Part shown: in pieces, positions 5,297 through 14,082 of the stretch
Layout: each line of letters opens with the position of its first letter
How positions within the stretch are numbered: position 1 is the first letter of the stretch
DNA from: Candidatus Cloacimonadales bacterium
GTDB lineage: Bacteria > Cloacimonadota > Cloacimonadia > Cloacimonadales > JAFGVF01
Direction: 5' to 3'
Assembly: GCA_963663475.2 (NCBI GenBank)
Contig: CAXXJV010000001.1
Span: forward strand, 2,688,001-2,752,000
Length of the DNA stretch: 64,000 bases
Made by a program: the position numbers and the translations under genes
Notes under the pieces: generated by a model
What the model was told of the DNA's origin: nothing
Databases searched by the model: none
What the model saw: the letters and a program-made list of their open reading frames with translations, nothing else

Positions 5297-8086
5297 TCAT
5301 TTCAATAAATAGCCCATTCTCTGCTTGTTCATGTATTTAGCATTAGCATCAAAGAAGTTAAAGTATTCTATGTTTCCTTCTTGGTTGATATAGGTAATAA
5401 CACAGATGTTATCACTATATTTTTTGAGGTAATAGGTTCTGAAGACTTTAGTGCTGTTGTTATTATGCTTCCAGATTTCATCAGGATTTTGAACAACATC
5501 ATCAATAGTATTCATGTATTTTAAGCGACTTGCTACTTCCTTTAGAGGTTTGTTTTCGAAATGCTTAACTGCTTTTGCACTGAGATAAACATCAGTATTG
5601 GTGGAGTCTTTTAAGTGTCTATCCCCCAAGAAGTTTTTATAATCCTCTAGCAATTCATCTTTAGTTTTACCATCTGTATCGTAGAGTTTTGGCAGTTTAT
5701 TCTCTGGCATATCTTTCCAATCCTTAAGCTTTAAATCCTTGTAGGTATTTGCATATAAATCAGGGCAATGCTTTTTACCTGAGTTGAAGATGTGTAAACG
5801 CTTGCTTCTGATAGACATTTCTGGGTATAAAATAGAAATGTTTTTAGCATCTTCACAGCTTAACCAATCCCCAAAGAGAGAATTGTCTTTGCCTACATTG
5901 CGTTTAAATTCTTTTTTAACATTTGAATCAGGAGGAACATCTCTCTTGAGTCCAGGGTCTCCGTTAGCTTCTTCTTCAGTGAGTTGTTCTTTACCACAAC
6001 GACAACCCCAGCCATTAGGAGGATAATACTCATCCCAGAAAGGATCATCTACATGTCTGACTATACCATCTAAGGCTCTATGTTCATCTCTCACCGCATC
6101 ATCTTGCATGGTAATATAACGGAGATAAGGGAAGATTTCTTTAGTGTCCTGGATATCTTTCCATTCTGCAGATGCACGAGCCGATTTAATAGCTTGTTGG
6201 AAGTTGGTTCTTAGGTGATAAGGATTATCAGGTTCAAAACCTTTTAGCTTTAGATTTTCCTGAAACTCTTGAAATGTAGTACCTTGAGTAAAGGCTTTTT
6301 CCGCTTCGGACTTAATCATGTCAAGCATGGATTGAGAAGTAACTCCTGCTACGATAAAGGTTTCAGCTCTGAATGCATGGAGGGCTTTGGTATCTTCCAG
6401 GGTCCAGTCTATTTCGAAGTTGAAGTCAGCCCCTAAATCCCCTGAAGGGGACTTTGAAGAAACCTCACACGAAGGCACGAAGGCACGAAGAGGGGAATTA
6501 AGAGAAGATGCGGGCTGGAAGCCCACGTTCCCAGTTAAGGAAGAGGAAGCTTTCTTCTTTAGAGAAGCTTTTCTTAGCTTATAGTATTCTTTAAGAAGTG
6601 TTTGATACATCTCATTCGCATAGGTTAAATAGAGGTCTTTAGGATAAGACATATTTTCTATATCTTTGAATGACTTGGCTTCTTTGATTTGAGATTTGAT
6701 TTTCTTGAGTTCTTTGAGGGAAGCCCCTAAATCACCTGAAGGGGACTTTGAAGATATACAGTCAGTTGAACTGCCTGTGCGGGCAGGGATGCCCGCGTTC
6801 CCAGTTATGGCGGCAGGGATGCCCGCGTTCCCAGTTATGCCGACAGGGATGCCCGTGTTCCCAGTTATGCCGACAGGGATGCCAGCGTTCCCAGTGGAGC
6901 CAACCCCAACCCTATTCTGAAAAGGGAAGAGCTGAGATGCAACCTCCTTTAGTTTTGCACCAGACTTTGGTACAGGGATGCCATAAGTGGTGTACCAATA
7001 ATCAGGTTCGATTTCGATGATATTATTTAGTTGAGTATCGATGTTTATCTTTGTGTTTAAATCAACATGTTCAGGGATAGTAAGAGTTACTTTAATATCT
7101 TGGTCAACGAAGTTCAATCTGTTTAACCTGGAGCAGATATAAGAGATATACTTAGAGCAGTCTCTGATGTCAGCCTGGAGGATATCCTGTCTGACCATGT
7201 TATGAACCTTAGCTTGAGCATAGGATCCTGTCTTTTCAGTATTAGTTGTGAGAGTTTGGCCAAGTATTCTTTTAGAGATTGATTTTTTACAGAAATCTAA
7301 AAGAGTTGCGTAGAGATTAGCATTAGCTGAAGCATTTTTAAAGTCTGCGAACTCAATTAGAGTATTTTCAGAGATAACAGCTCCTAAGTCTGTACCCAGG
7401 TTCTTTACCATAGACTTGAGTAGGTTCTTCTCTTCAGGAGTTGAACCTGGTTTATATTTACCAATTCTGATAGGTTTTCCATAGGTTTCAACAAAGGAAG
7501 CCCAGTTGTTGAGAGCAAAGGAAAAGAAAGCATAGTATTTGATAATAGACTCATAGACTGAATAATTTTGATATAGACGCACAAATTTATCATCAGAGAG
7601 GCTTTTCTTCTCATCTTCGACATACAAGACCAATTCAGATTTTTCAGCCCTCAAATCGAGGTTTTTGTATTCTATGAACTTGTCTATGGTATAAAGATTG
7701 TTTTCCAGCTTAAAGGTAATCTGACGAAAGAGAGAACCAGTTAGTTTTAAATCAAGAGCCTGGTCAATGAGGACTGTAAAAAAGTTCTCTAAAAAGGCTT
7801 TAAAGAAGTCTTGTTGTTGCTTCGAGAGACCTTCAGGGAAAGTGAAAGAAGCTGATTTAAGAGCTTCTACTCTGACATCAGTATCCCCAGCCAGGTTATC
7901 ATCAAGCTTATATAGTCTATCATATAAGTTATTAAGGTGTTTTAATCTTCCATTGTTGGCATTATGTAGAGCTAAATCCATTTCTGAAGGTGTGATTTTA
8001 GCTGACCAAAGAGGTTTTTCTTCCTCAATTTTATTTTGAGTTAAGATGGTTGTTGATGTTTTTTTAAATAAATCAAGTATATTCAT
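5297..8086 (-). CDS. portal (DUF935/Mu gp29-like) + MuF head morphogenesis + C-terminal PBECR2-like nuclease fusion, 929 aa
   Basis: start at MNILDLF after AAGGAG; W..F.E.YG.P.RIGKY and ISKRILGQTLTT...GSYAQAKVH (portal); YLRY.T..D..VR.EH..LDG......DPFW..YYPPNGWGCRC (MuF); VVQNPDEIW...R.YY.K.Y (PBECR2-like). Confidence 0.85.
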   Translation of the reverse strand: MNILDLFKKTSTTILTQNKIEEEKPLWSAKITPSEMDLALHNANNGRLKHLNNLYDRLYKLDDNLAGDTDVRVEALKSASFTFPEGLSKQQQDFFKAFLENFFTVLIDQALDLKLTGSLFRQITFKLENNLYTIDKFIEYKNLDLRAEKSELVLYVEDEKKSLSDDKFVRLYQNYSVYESIIKYYAFFSFALNNWASFVETYGKPIRIGKYKPGSTPEEKNLLKSMVKNLGTDLGAVISENTLIEFADFKNASANANLYATLLDFCKKSISKRILGQTLTTNTEKTGSYAQAKVHNMVRQDILQADIRDCSKYISYICSRLNRLNFVDQDIKVTLTIPEHVDLNTKINIDTQLNNIIEIEPDYWYTTYGIPVPKSGAKLKEVASQLFPFQNRVGVGSTGNAGIPVGITGNTGIPVGITGNAGIPAAITGNAGIPARTGSSTDCISSKSPSGDLGASLKELKKIKSQIKEAKSFKDIENMSYPKDLYLTYANEMYQTLLKEYYKLRKASLKKKASSSLTGNVGFQPASSLNSPLRAFVPSCEVSSKSPSGDLGADFNFEIDWTLEDTKALHAFRAETFIVAGVTSQSMLDMIKSEAEKAFTQGTTFQEFQENLKLKGFEPDNPYHLRTNFQQAIKSARASAEWKDIQDTKEIFPYLRYITMQDDAVRDEHRALDGIVRHVDDPFWDEYYPPNGWGCRCGKEQLTEEEANGDPGLKRDVPPDSNVKKEFKRNVGKDNSLFGDWLSCEDAKNISILYPEMSIRSKRLHIFNSGKKHCPDLYANTYKDLKLKDWKDMPENKLPKLYDTDGKTKDELLEDYKNFLGDRHLKDSTNTDVYLSAKAVKHFENKPLKEVASRLKYMNTIDDVVQNPDEIWKHNNNSTKVFRTYYLKKYSDNICVITYINQEGNIEYFNFFDANAKYMNKQRMGYLLK
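6428..6538 (+). repeat. in-frame cluster of three repeat families at the portal/MuF junction
   Basis: agcccctaaatcccctgaaggggactttgaaga; cacgaaggcacgaaggcacgaag; gcgggctggaagcccacgttcccag. Confidence 0.85.
6722..6897 (+). repeat. in-frame palindromic repeat plus four tandem 30-bp palindromic repeats
   Basis: 6722-6754 matches 6428-6460 at 32/33; 30-bp units at 6778, 6808, 6838, 6868 (tgcgggcagggatgcccgcgttcccagtta-like). Confidence 0.9.
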
Positions 8087-8109
8087 TTTTTTCTCCTTTA
8101 ATATTTTAA

Positions 8110-8224
8110 GAGCTTTTACACGAATTAACGCGAATTTAAGCGAATTAACACGAATTAATGCGGGAAAGATGCCCACGTTCCCAGTTAATTAAGATGCCGA
8201 CAGGGATGTCGGCGCTCCCAGTAG
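8110..8224 (+). repeat. intergenic composite repeat cluster
   Basis: ACACGAATTA tandem + gcgggaaagatgcccacgttcccag + gccgacagggatgtcggcgctcccag. Confidence 0.85.
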
Positions 8225-8226
8225 TG

Positions 8227-9726
8227 TTACCAGACATCAGAAAATTGAGTGGCCAGACTTGTTTCAACTGTTTCATAGCTTTCTTCTTGAGAGTTAATTC
8301 TAAGGCAATTTACTCCTCCTGCTAAGGCATCAGGACCGTCATCGTTAGGATAATCAGGGAAGCCGAGTAATTGGTCTTCCAGTAGTTGTGTTTCTGCTGT
8401 TTTTTGTTTAGGAAAGAGAAGCCAGCCCCACTCGAAGTAAGGCTCAAGTCTTTCAATTCTAAGTTCTTTCTTCTCTTTGTTTTCAACTCCTGAAAGAGGT
8501 AGCATATAACCCATAACAAGAGCAATATCAGGGATGTAGTCCCAGATAACCTTTTGCCAGAAGTTGGACTCCATATAAAGACGGGCATTGTATCTACTAT
8601 GAACAGAATAGAGGTATTTAAGCATTTCTGTAATAGAAGCTTTTCTTAAGTAGCATTCAAGTAGATAATAGTGTTTTTTATAGAAGCCAATAGTCATGGA
8701 GGCTTTGTAGTCTGAAGTAGATTTTTCACCTAAAGAAGGGTCTGTGTAGTTAACTATTTTCTCAAAGGTGATGTTTTCGATATCTTCAGGTGAGTAATAT
8801 CTAAACCAGGCTTCTTTGAACTTAAGGCCTTCGACTACTGGATTCATCCTAAAGTGGCGTTCATAACCAAAACGACCGATAGTCTGATAGATTTTGATCA
8901 GTTGTTCTTTGGTATGTTTTTCTGGCCATGTTGGATTAAAGTGACCATCATCAACTTTGAAGATAAGCATTTTACGACCAGAGAGATCTCCTGATTCTGT
9001 TGATTTCTTAAAGAGATTTAAAGCTGATTTCTGGTGAGTAAGATTACCAAGCCAGATGATATAGCCTTGTCCATCTTCCAGGGCACCATAAGCTTCTTCA
9101 GTAACGAATTGAAGCTTTTCTTTAGCAATTCTTTCATTAAAAGATAGGTGGTCTTCTAAGTCATCGATGTCTATATAGTCAGGTCTGTGAGTCATATTGA
9201 TAATACCACGAACTCCTGATTTATAACCAAGTGCTATGAAACGACAACCAGTTTTAATAGTAAAATCAGACTCTGAAGATGTTGATGCTAAGAGCTGACC
9301 GAAGTCTTGCTTTATTCTTTCATTAAAGAGGAATTCAGCTCTAATAGCTGCAGTTCTTTCAGCTGCTTTATCATCAGATTTAGCAATTTTGACATTAAAG
9401 AATATTTCTTCCTTAAGAGCTTTCCAGATAGGTTTGATAATAGATAACTGAGTTGTTTTACCCATACCTCTAAAGCCAGCAATAGCTGTAATTTGACCCA
9501 GTACTTGAGTTTCTTCATGAGCTATTTTATGAGGAGTTCCTGACTTACAGCGGATATAGTGAGGAAAGTAAGTTTCAGCAAAGAAAAAGAAGTCTTTTTT
9601 AGCTTTATCAACTCTCTTTGCTTTAGCTAATCTATCATTAGGCAGAGGTGTAGAGAACTTCTTAATATTAGCTATTAAGAGCTCGAGTTTCTTATCAAAT
9701 TCTTTTACTGTAATTTGCTTATTCAT
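8227..9726 (-). CDS. terL: terminase large subunit
   Basis: Walker A-like GFRGMGKTT, RPDYIDIDDLED Walker B, DPS nuclease motif, DDGPDALAG; start at MNKQ overlapping the terS stop. Confidence 0.9.
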   Translation of the reverse strand: MNKQITVKEFDKKLELLIANIKKFSTPLPNDRLAKAKRVDKAKKDFFFFAETYFPHYIRCKSGTPHKIAHEETQVLGQITAIAGFRGMGKTTQLSIIKPIWKALKEEIFFNVKIAKSDDKAAERTAAIRAEFLFNERIKQDFGQLLASTSSESDFTIKTGCRFIALGYKSGVRGIINMTHRPDYIDIDDLEDHLSFNERIAKEKLQFVTEEAYGALEDGQGYIIWLGNLTHQKSALNLFKKSTESGDLSGRKMLIFKVDDGHFNPTWPEKHTKEQLIKIYQTIGRFGYERHFRMNPVVEGLKFKEAWFRYYSPEDIENITFEKIVNYTDPSLGEKSTSDYKASMTIGFYKKHYYLLECYLRKASITEMLKYLYSVHSRYNARLYMESNFWQKVIWDYIPDIALVMGYMLPLSGVENKEKKELRIERLEPYFEWGWLLFPKQKTAETQLLEDQLLGFPDYPNDDGPDALAGGVNCLRINSQEESYETVETSLATQFSDVW

Positions 9727-10192
9727 CAGACATCCTAAAGTTGTTACCAGAAGCATATTTTCTTCTTAGATCATCTGAAATTTCTCTAAGATACTTGCCC
9801 CAGAGCATAAGAAAATCTTCATCTCTTATTTTGTTCTGAATGCAATGAGTAATGTCTTCTAACATATTAAAGATGTTGGAAAGCATCATTTTTTCAGGAG
9901 ATAGCTTCTCTGCTATTTTTGAAATCTTTGCTAAAGCATCAGCAGTTTTAGGATCTGTTAGCTTTCCTTCTTTCATGGCTTTATTCATTTCAGAAAAGAG
10001 AGATTTTGTCATTTCGATAGTTAAACCAATGGTACCTGAAGCTCTGATGGCCTTATCCCATTCATGTTTCTTTTTCCAAGCATAGATTGTCTGCTGAGAG
10101 ACTTTTAGAATAGTAGCAATCTCGTTTATTGGCTTACCTTCCATGATGTAGAGTCTTTCAGCTTGTTCTTTTACAATACGTTTATGAGCCAT
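9719..10192 (-). CDS. terminase small subunit-like HTH protein (DUF1804/Mu gp27-like)
   Basis: AERLY...EIA..L.VS.QTI..WKKK..W; immediately upstream of terL. Confidence 0.75.
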   Translation of the reverse strand: MAHKRIVKEQAERLYIMEGKPINEIATILKVSQQTIYAWKKKHEWDKAIRASGTIGLTIEMTKSLFSEMNKAMKEGKLTDPKTADALAKISKIAEKLSPEKMMLSNIFNMLEDITHCIQNKIRDEDFLMLWGKYLREISDDLRRKYASGNNFRMSDE

Positions 10193-10691
10193 TGAACTTA
10201 CTCCTTATCTTATTATCGTAGTATTTGTTAATAATGTTTGAGATTTGATTTTCATCTTCAGGACTTATAAACAAATAAGGTCTAGCAGGTATTTTTACAG
10301 ACTTCTGAAGCTTATAGAGAGCCTCTACTTTATCCTTTCCCAGATTTCTGAAGATGATGCCTTTACGGATGAATGTATCTTCCCATTCAAGAGGCCTTTT
10401 AACCTTAGCGGCAGGTGTTAGAGGTATTGCTAAGTATTTTGCATTTTTAGGGGTGATTGTTCCTCCTTCCTGATGTATTCTGGCATAAGTTACATTGGTG
10501 CCAACCACAACAGAATTACCTCGAATAACGTAAGTTATTGAGCTCAGAAGATTACCACTATCAGTTAGAGTAGCCTTGTTTTTAAGCTTATTGGGAGTAG
10601 CAGGAGTGATTTTATTTTGTCTTATCCTAGACTTAATGTTCCTGGCAATTACTTGGCCAATTGCTTTAAGGAGTTCTTTGTCTTGAATCAT
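10182..10691 (-). CDS. phage virion morphogenesis protein (Mu gpG-like)
   Basis: L.DSG.L..SI...V.VGTNV.YARIHQEGG...IPARPYL. Confidence 0.85.
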   Translation of the reverse strand: MIQDKELLKAIGQVIARNIKSRIRQNKITPATPNKLKNKATLTDSGNLLSSITYVIRGNSVVVGTNVTYARIHQEGGTITPKNAKYLAIPLTPAAKVKRPLEWEDTFIRKGIIFRNLGKDKVEALYKLQKSVKIPARPYLFISPEDENQISNIINKYYDNKIRSKFNGS

Positions 10692-11065
10692 AGCCAGTCT
10701 CCAAAATAGACTTCTTTAGAAGTGATATCATCCTCCAGGGTGTCTTCTTTCATGATTAGAATTTGACCTTTCTGAATTTTAACCAAATCTTTTAAAACTT
10801 GTTTCTCTTGTTCTTTAACTGCTTCTGGGATGTCATTAGAAGCAAAAAGTCTGTAGCATTCAGCTTTAGAAAGAATTATGCAGAGTCTGTTAATTATAGC
10901 ATTTGAACCAGGTAAGGGCAGTTCATATCTAACCTGAAGAAAACTATCAATATAGCTTGATTGATCCTCTAACATTGAGACTAGCTGATCATCTGTAATA
11001 TCTTGTAAAAGTAGGTCTTTTTTAGACCCAAAAGAGTCTTTTAAATTATCTATTGTACCGTACAT
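10688..11065 (-). CDS. Mu gp36-like (DUF1320) head completion protein
   Basis: MY.TIDNL...IDSFL..RY.LPL...L.KIQKG. Confidence 0.75.
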   Translation of the reverse strand: MYGTIDNLKDSFGSKKDLLLQDITDDQLVSMLEDQSSYIDSFLQVRYELPLPGSNAIINRLCIILSKAECYRLFASNDIPEAVKEQEKQVLKDLVKIQKGQILIMKEDTLEDDITSKEVYFGDWL

Positions 11066-11086
11066 TTTTTCTCCTTATATTTATTT

Positions 11087-11155
11087 AAGATGCGGGCTGG
11101 AAGCCCACGTTCCCAGTTAATGAAGATGCCGACAGGGATGTCGGCGCTCCCAGTG
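11087..11155 (+). repeat. intergenic pair of palindromic repeats
   Basis: near-identical to 8158-8222. Confidence 0.85.
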
Positions 11156-11557
11156 TTAAGATTCATCATGAATAAAGTTTACCTGGTAGGTTATAAATCC
11201 AGGGAAGATAGCAAGTCTTCTAAAGCCATTAAAGTATAAGAATCCCTTAGCGAAGCTTCTTTTATTAAGTGACTTACGCATATCATCAATAATATTAAAG
11301 ATTGCTGTTGGTTTCTTACCTTTTATATGATTTGTGGAGATATAAACAGCTATACTAGTTCTGATAGTGTTTTGTCTGCCATTTGGATTAGTGTCAGCAT
11401 CAGAAAGTTCTACAAAAGCAGAAGGAGGAAATAGAGTATATTCACTAATGTTATCATACTGTCCTTCATAAGGTTCTACCTGCTTAAATAGTTTCCCTTC
11501 CTCTGTTTCCAAGTCTTTCAATTTTACGATTAATTCTTCTAATAAAGTACTTAGCAT
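11156..11557 (-). CDS. Mu gp37-like tail terminator/neck protein
   Basis: V..YEGQ.D.......PSAFV motif; adjacent to gp36-like gene. Confidence 0.6.
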   Translation of the reverse strand: MLSTLLEELIVKLKDLETEEGKLFKQVEPYEGQYDNISEYTLFPPSAFVELSDADTNPNGRQNTIRTSIAVYISTNHIKGKKPTAIFNIIDDMRKSLNKRSFAKGFLYFNGFRRLAIFPGFITYQVNFIHDES

Positions 11558-11577
11558 TATTACTCCTTTTATAATTT

Positions 11578-11718
11578 AAGATGCGGGCTAGAAGCCCACG
11601 TTCCCAGTTATGTTTTAAATCTATCCAGGTGGCGTCGCTAAAGCTATGCCAACCCAGGCTAATTACACGAATCACACTAAGAAGAAGGTCCTTAACACAG
11701 AGGTTTTCACAGAGGTTA
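11578..11718 (+). repeat. composite cluster of four repeat types in the divergent intergenic region
   Basis: gcgggctagaagcccacgttcccag; ccaggtggcgtcgct...gccaacccaggct; ttacacgaatcacactaa; acacagaggttttcacagagg. Confidence 0.7.
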
Positions 11719-11898
11719 AAGAAAAGTGTAAAGATACCCGTAACTCCAGAAAAGAACCTCTCCTTCCAGTTATTGGAGCCATGATATCATAGAGTTAATA
11801 AATTACTGAAAAAAGTGGGTATTTTACCCCATTTTTTTTATAAAAATGATTAGCCGTGATATGGTGGTGTTGATTAAAAGAAAGTTTAAGGAGGAACA

Positions 11899-12123
11899 AT
11901 GTTCTTCGATAGTATTAAACAAGCAGTAAAGAATGGTAGTAATGTGATACTAGAGTACGATAACTTCACCAATAGCAGTATTGAGGAATTAATATTTTTA
12001 GCAGCTCAGTCAAAGAGTCATATCACTATTACAAACTGTAGCAAATTATCGACAAGTGAGTTTGAGGGAATGTCGAACTTAGGTAGAAATTTGATTACTT
12101 TTGATATGAGGAAGGTTAAATGA
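11899..12123 (+). CDS. phage hypothetical protein
   Basis: AAGGAGG RBS; ATGA overlap with the clpP-like gene. Confidence 0.75.
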   Translation: MFFDSIKQAVKNGSNVILEYDNFTNSSIEELIFLAAQSKSHITITNCSKLSTSEFEGMSNLGRNLITFDMRKVK

Positions 12124-13157
12124 AGTGGTATAAGATAGTTAATAAGGTAGAGCATACTGATGTCTATATCTATGATGAGATAGGCTTCTGGGGTACTAGG
12201 GCTTCTGATTTTGTGAAAGAGATTCGGCAGATTAAGAATGATATCATTTTACATATCAATTCACCAGGAGGGCAAGTCTTTGATGGATTGGCAATTTATA
12301 ATTCTCTTAAAGCTCATACTTCAAAAGTGACAACTAAAATTGAAGGGATTGCAGCTTCAATGGCTTCTATTATAGCCTTAGCAGGAGAGACTATCGAAAT
12401 GGCAGAGAATAGTATGTTTATGATACATAATCCTTTGGTCAATGTTACTGGAGACTCTGAAGAACTTAGAAAGAATGCTGAACTCTTAGATAGAATTAAA
12501 GAACAGATAGTTAATATCTATGTTAGTCACAGTAATCTATCTGCAGATGAGATAGGCAGTCTGATGGATCAGGAAACCTGGTTAACTGCTAAAGAAGCAA
12601 AGGAGAAAGGATTCATTAATTCAATAGTAGATAATGTAGTAGTTAGTAACAACTTTGGTCATCAATTCGAAGGTAAACAAGAGTACCAAGAGTGGATAAA
12701 AAACAATAAAAGAGAGGAGAATATGGAAGAATTATTTGAAGTATTAGGTGTAAAAGATAAGGCTGAAGCAGTTGTTAAGATTGATTCTTTAACTACTGAA
12801 GTAACAGCTTTAAGAACAAAAAATCAGAGATTAGAAACGGAAGTAAAAGACTTAAGAAAAATCAATATCGAAGCTAAAATCAATCAAGCGATAAGTGAAG
12901 GTAAGATAACCCCAGCCCAGAAAGACTTTGCGACAACACTCATTAATAAAGATGAAGCTTTGTTTGATGAGTTTGTTAAAAATGCTGGTAATAGTAAGTC
13001 AGACCTTACTAAAACAATCACCCTGGGTGCAAATGCTGATGAAGAACTAACTTGGGAAGTTTTGATACAGGACCCTGAAAAGGCAGGAGAACTCTATAAC
13101 ACAAATCCTAAGTTATACGAAGAACTAAGAAACAAATACTTGGAGGATAACAGATAA
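12120..13157 (+). CDS. ClpP-type head maturation protease with C-terminal scaffold domain
   Basis: LHINSPGG.VFDG.AIYN, GIAASMAS, MFMIHNP, ETWLTA.EA...GF; C-terminal AISEGKITPAQ (Mu gpI-like). Confidence 0.9.
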   Translation: MKWYKIVNKVEHTDVYIYDEIGFWGTRASDFVKEIRQIKNDIILHINSPGGQVFDGLAIYNSLKAHTSKVTTKIEGIAASMASIIALAGETIEMAENSMFMIHNPLVNVTGDSEELRKNAELLDRIKEQIVNIYVSHSNLSADEIGSLMDQETWLTAKEAKEKGFINSIVDNVVVSNNFGHQFEGKQEYQEWIKNNKREENMEELFEVLGVKDKAEAVVKIDSLTTEVTALRTKNQRLETEVKDLRKINIEAKINQAISEGKITPAQKDFATTLINKDEALFDEFVKNAGNSKSDLTKTITLGANADEELTWEVLIQDPEKAGELYNTNPKLYEELRNKYLEDNR

Positions 13158-14071
13158 TGCCAAACGCAAGTAACACAATTTTTGGTGATTTAATCACTAC
13201 AGAAACCCTTAATGCAATTAAACGTAAGAGCCAGGATAATAGATATGCAATGAGCTATTTGTATGATGTCTCAAAGTTTGCTAAGAAAGGAATGAAGGTG
13301 ATTCATGTTCCTTATATTACAACTGAATCAGGCCAGACTGTGGGAATTGGTGAAGCTTTCGAAGCTCCTTCAGGTGCTGGGGAAGGTTCTATTGATTTAA
13401 CAGTAGATCAAAAAGCAGGTAATCCTTTTGTAGTGCAAAGAGATACTGATTATCAAACTACCGTAAAAACATTGAAAGAAAAGTCTGAAGATTCTGGTTC
13501 TCACATTTTAACAAAAGAAGATGTTAATATTTTAACAGGTTTGATTGGAGCTATTCCTGCAGGGCAAAAGGTTGATTTTGCGGGTCATGCGACTACAGCT
13601 AATAAGATTACTTTAGATGACTTCATCAACGCAAGAAAACATCTTAATGAAAAGAATGCACCTCTAACAGGTAGATTCTGTTTAATTGGACCTGAACATG
13701 AATCTCAATTGTTCAAAATTGATCAGTTCATTTCTGCTGATAAAATTGGCCAACAGAGTAAAATGCCGATTCCAAATGGTTTGATAGGTCGATTGATGGG
13801 TTTTGATGTGATCCTATTAAATCACTTACCAAAGGTAGATAAAGCTGGTGCTATTAACTCTACTGCAGTAAAAAATGATAGTACTCCTGTTATCTTCGGC
13901 CACAAGTATTGCTATATGTATGGTAATCAATTAATGGAAACTCTATCAAGTACTAATGACTTATCTGCTACTGATAGATATGTACCTTACAGAACATTTG
14001 GTAGAGGTAAATTAGAAGACTCTTGGGTTTACCAGGTCTCTGATAAAACTACTGCAGACCCAACTTCATAA
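13157..14071 (+). CDS. major capsid protein
   Basis: follows protease; L.E.N.P..GR...I.PE....L...F...NG.IG.L.GFDV coat-protein signature. Confidence 0.75.
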   Translation: MPNASNTIFGDLITTETLNAIKRKSQDNRYAMSYLYDVSKFAKKGMKVIHVPYITTESGQTVGIGEAFEAPSGAGEGSIDLTVDQKAGNPFVVQRDTDYQTTVKTLKEKSEDSGSHILTKEDVNILTGLIGAIPAGQKVDFAGHATTANKITLDDFINARKHLNEKNAPLTGRFCLIGPEHESQLFKIDQFISADKIGQQSKMPIPNGLIGRLMGFDVILLNHLPKVDKAGAINSTAVKNDSTPVIFGHKYCYMYGNQLMETLSSTNDLSATDRYVPYRTFGRGKLEDSWVYQVSDKTTADPTS

Positions 14072-14082
14072 GGAGGTAGATT

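Noticed and set aside
6778-6897. 30-bp tandem repeats as a CRISPR array
   Set aside because: Units abut with no unique spacers, lie in-frame in a gene, and no cas genes are present.
6387-7020. Plus-strand ORFs 6387-6584, 6696-6920, 6748-7020
   Set aside because: Shadow frames produced by stop-free GC-rich repeats antisense to the portal gene.
8087-8176. N-terminal 30 aa of the 959-aa ORF (MGIFPALIRVNS...)
   Set aside because: Derived from intergenic repeats; a good RBS precedes ATG 8086.
11484-11784. ORFs 11484-11675 and 11581-11784
   Set aside because: Mostly translated repeat sequence in the divergent control region; no convincing RBS.
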